Positions 60,435 to 64,000 of a stretch of 64,000 bases of DNA are shown here, piece after piece. Every line of letters begins with the position of its first letter. Within the stretch, counting starts at the first letter, position 1. The position numbers were made by a program, and so were the translations under genes. The stretch covers positions 14,322,001 to 14,386,000 of the forward strand of contig CDPCPM010000281.1 in the NCBI GenBank assembly GCA_976551045.1. The letters are read 5' to 3'. The notes below the pieces were generated by a model. The model saw nothing but the letters and a program-made list of their open reading frames with translations, ran no database searches and was not told the origin of the DNA. The DNA is from Glaucostegus cemiculus. Taxonomy: Eukaryota.

Positions 60435-60592
60435 ATAATAACATTTAAAAGACAGTTGGACAGGTACATGGATAGGAAAGGTTTAGAGGGATATGGACTA
60501 AACGTGGGCAAATAGCACGAGCTTAGATGAGCATCTTGGTCAGCATGGATGAGTTGGTCCAAAGGGCCCATTTCCATGCTGTGTGACTCTAT
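60435..60592 (+). mobile_element. CR1 LINE 3' end
   Basis: acatttaaaagacagttggacaggtacatggataggaaagg...ccaaagggccc...tgactctat. Confidence 0.85.
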
Positions 60593-61128
60593 CATGTTCA
60601 ATTTTCATGTACCCATGGATAGTTGTGGAAAATCAAAGGTGTCTGCAGGCACTGAGAGGAAAGGCTGGGGAGAGAGGAACTGAACCATGGTCCAAGAACT
60701 CTGAGGAGCAGCCTAAAAATGTCATTGCCTGCTCCTCTGATTACTCACCTCCAGCTGCCTCTCAATCCAGGCACTCACAGGCTGCTATTTCTGGAAACTA
60801 GAAGCTGGGCATACCCTTTCCATCACTGTACTGGGATTAGTTTATGTAGCCTAGGAGCTGGGCAATGGAATCCAGAGAGAATTCAATTGGGATAGAGCCC
60901 TCACTGTCCAGGGAATAAGAGTTCCCTGCTGAGGCTTGGATCAAGCAAAGTTCAGGATTCATCTTTAAAGTTTATTCGCCTCTTTCCCTTTCTTGCCAAT
61001 GAAAGAGAATCTGAGTGGAGGCTGTTGGTGATATTTGTGGCCTTGACTTTCTATTTCGACAATCTGGGTGAAAATTGTGTTCAAAAATCACTTCAGCTTT
61101 GTTTAGAGTTTTATTTCTCATGTGCTAA

Positions 61129-61405
61129 CATGGTGGTGCAGTAGTTAGAATTTTGGCCTCAGTTTCAGGGACCCAGGTTCAATCCTGACCTCAGGTGCTT
61201 TCTTCCAGGTGCTCCGGTTTCCTCTCACATCCCAAAGACCTGCTGGCAGGGTAATTTGGCTCCTTCGAATTACCCCGTGAAATAATGAGGGAGGAAATGG
61301 GAGCACCGTGGGTACATGCAAACTCCACACAGACAGCACCAGAGGTCAGGACCAAACCCAGGTCACTAGAATTATGAGGCAGCAGCACTACCCGCTGCCC
61401 CATAC
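61129..61405. mobile_element. Two truncated V-SINEs in inverted orientation (plus about 61129-61280; minus about 61288-61405)
   Basis: gacccaggttcaatcctgacctcaggtgct (61170-61199) versus agcaccagaggtcaggaccaaacccaggtc (61335-61364): 24/30 reverse-complement matches. Confidence 0.75.
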
Positions 61406-63551
61406 TGCTGCCATTTTGATTTCAGTCTACTTTATTGGCAAAAAGAACCAAAATAATGTGTATGGGCATGCACGAAAAATTAGGATGCAGGTACACAGGG
61501 AAATAAGGTAAAGGGATTGCAACCAATGGGATCTCTCTTCTGGGAGCTGGTATGGACCTGATAGATGGAACAGTCTTTTTCTATGTTGTAATAAATACTT
61601 GCATATTGTCAAAAAACTTGCAATTAAACAGTTTCTAAAAATATAAATTAAGAACAAATTTATGAGTGGAGATCTCCTGCATATTAATTGACATGACCAA
61701 AAGTTAGTTCATCATAGAAAATCATTATCTTTAATCACGGTATTGTGGAAGCTGTGGCAAGTGAGGGTTAAGACAACGTGCAGACAAAGATGGTTTGCAG
61801 GCAATGTGCAGTCACCCGTGCTGAGCAAGGTCTTTGAGAGCATAGCTCTTCTTTGTACAGCATGGAAGCCAAGGTCACCAGGCATAACAAGACAAGATGA
61901 GGATACAAACGAAGGATTGCAAGGCACACACTGACTGTTGGACAATTACTTGATTAACACCCAGGTATTGGCCATTAACATGTGACTTCTTTTAGTTACT
62001 AACATCTTTATTAATTTAATGTGATTGGTATTTTATGTATCCCAATAAGGGATTCTAAGGTGCACAAGATTTTAATTGGTCAATATCTGTATAAAAAGGA
62101 CAACTCTTCGTCAAAGCTTTTGAATAGTTAGGTGACAGGGACTGGACTGTGCACAAGTAAATAAAGTGTGATTGAGAAATTAGTGCAAGTTTTCAGAGTC
62201 CTGTTGATATTGGTGACAACAGCATCAATCCACCACAACTTAATAACCCACAGTCTCACTTACTGAACGTGACATAAAACAAACAAAAGTACTTACACTG
62301 GTATAATGTAATCAGGGATTTTTTATTAATTTAAAAAACAATGTAATAATTTAATGTGCCAAATTTGTATCCTCATGCATAATTTTAAAAGCTTGAAAGT
62401 TTGCAAACATTACTGTAAGTGGAGGGCCAGTGTGCTGCTGATTAATTTGACCTGGCTGATGGCAGCTTTCAAGGATAAATTGAAGTTCAAGAGGGATTTT
62501 TTTTTAACTCACTCAAGGATCACAGAAACACAATTGCTACTGAAGGTAATCTCTGCCTGAAATTGCTGGGTCTTTTGCTTTAATTTGGTCAATTTTGGGT
62601 GAATTCCACCCGGAATATTAGAGTAATTGGGCAAAACCACCAGGAGAAAATTTCACATAATAACCCAATTTTAAACACTGTCATTGGTTAGTTTATTTTA
62701 CATTGTAACAGTGGATAAAGGTTATCATATTAACTGATGGCAAAAACAAGTTTATGACTGATAGTTTAATTGGATTTAACAGAAAATTGAACCACAAATT
62801 TCTTTGTAGGATCATGCTATTTGACGGGCAATTTAGTGAAACCTATATCCACCTTCATCCCAGGGAATTAAATAGGGACATTTTCCTTTTTCCTTCAGAA
62901 TTCGTTTGCTCCTTGAAACATATGCTTAGACATTCAATCAGATAGTGTGCTTTTTTGCATCAAGCAAGTGGCAACATTGTTGGTATAATGCGAACAACAT
63001 AATGAATGTGGTTGCTGTGAAGTGGGAGGAGGGATACGAGCTCAGTAGGTTGCATAGGACTCAACAAGTAACATAGGTCTTAAAAGGAGCATAAAACCTG
63101 CTTTAGTCTCCATTAAAGGTCCAAGCCTGACCTGGGCTGCAATAGGTAGCTGCACTACTGAAGCCAGCCATCCCCACTCCACCCAGCCACACCCATACAC
63201 TAAATGCTTCCACCATCAAAGTAAAGCCTTCTTCTTTCTCGAGGTATACTGGAACAGAAGGCATGGTTCTGACCACGCCCAATATTTCACCCAGGTCCCA
63301 TCGGCATGCTGGCCAATTGCTCCTTGGAGTTGCAGTGTGCCCACTCCTGTTTGGGCACCCTGATACTTGAACCAGCCCTCCTTGTTAAAATTGGGATGTC
63401 CTGACAGGAAATCAGCCTGCTTAGTGTGGGCTTCTCAAGCAACACTTATGCGGGAGATACCACACTTACATCCAGAACCCCAGTTACATACATGACTCCC
63501 TCCCATTGTGCACCAAGAAAATAGTCTTCTTGTGCATGAATGAAAGTGGTA

Positions 63552-63950
63552 CACATAGAACAATACAGCACAATACAGGCCCTTCGGCCCACCATGTTGT
63601 GCTGTCCATTAAACCACACCCAACACTATCTAACCCCTTCCTCTCACATATCCCTCCATCCCACATATCCTTCCATCCCACATTCCTCCATATGCCTATC
63701 TAACAATTTCTTGAACCTGTCCAACATATCTGCCTCCACCACCACCCCAGGCAGCGCATTCCATGCACCAACCACTCTCTGGGTGAAAAACCTCCCTCTG
63801 ACATCTCCCCTGAACTTCCCACCCATAACCTTAAAGCCATGCCCTCTTGTCTTGCGCATTGGTGCCCTGGGAAAGAGGCACTGGCTGTCTACTCTATCTA
63901 TACCTCTGAATATTTTATACACATCTATGATGTCTCCCCTCATCCCCTGC
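63552..63950 (-). mobile_element. CR1 LINE 3' end, young
   Basis: MRGDIIDVYKIFRGIDRVDSQCLFP...RFFTQRVVGAWNALP...FKKLLDRHM (63644-63997); ggcccttcggccc hairpin arm. Confidence 0.92.
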
Positions 63951-64000
63951 ACATTGTTATTGTGGAATTTGTTTTCACATCCTGATGAATTTCTCACCCA

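Noticed and set aside
60749-60800. Minus-strand block ending in consensus donor GAG|gtgagt
   Set aside because: Stops in all frames from the nearest acceptor; insufficient support.

Overview
Vertebrate genomic DNA, most likely a cartilaginous fish (ray or shark; inferred from the repeat families, not from a database). The window is repeat-rich and reads as intergenic or intronic; I recognised no host protein-coding gene, tRNA/rRNA gene or CRISPR array. The best-supported feature is the 5' part of a Gypsy/Gmr1-type LTR retrotransposon on the minus strand (1-2783). It has a 429-bp LTR with 9-bp terminal inverted repeats, a perfect 18-nt tRNA-Pro primer-binding site, and one uninterrupted 727-codon gag-protease-integrase frame that runs off the left edge and is absent from the supplied ORF track. 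The rest is a layered set of decayed elements: CR1, L2, Rex1/Babar, RTE and Tx1 LINE fragments, V-SINEs and Deu-type SINEs, and a Tigger-like MITE. There are also many short Penelope-like terminal fragments, several carrying a minimal hammerhead-ribozyme motif or arranged as fold-backs. A 155-N assembly gap, a (GT)n microsatellite and a (TGGGGG)n tract are present. A few exon-like and enhancer-like segments in unique sequence are flagged at low confidence. Boundaries of degraded repeats are by-eye estimates (tens of bp).
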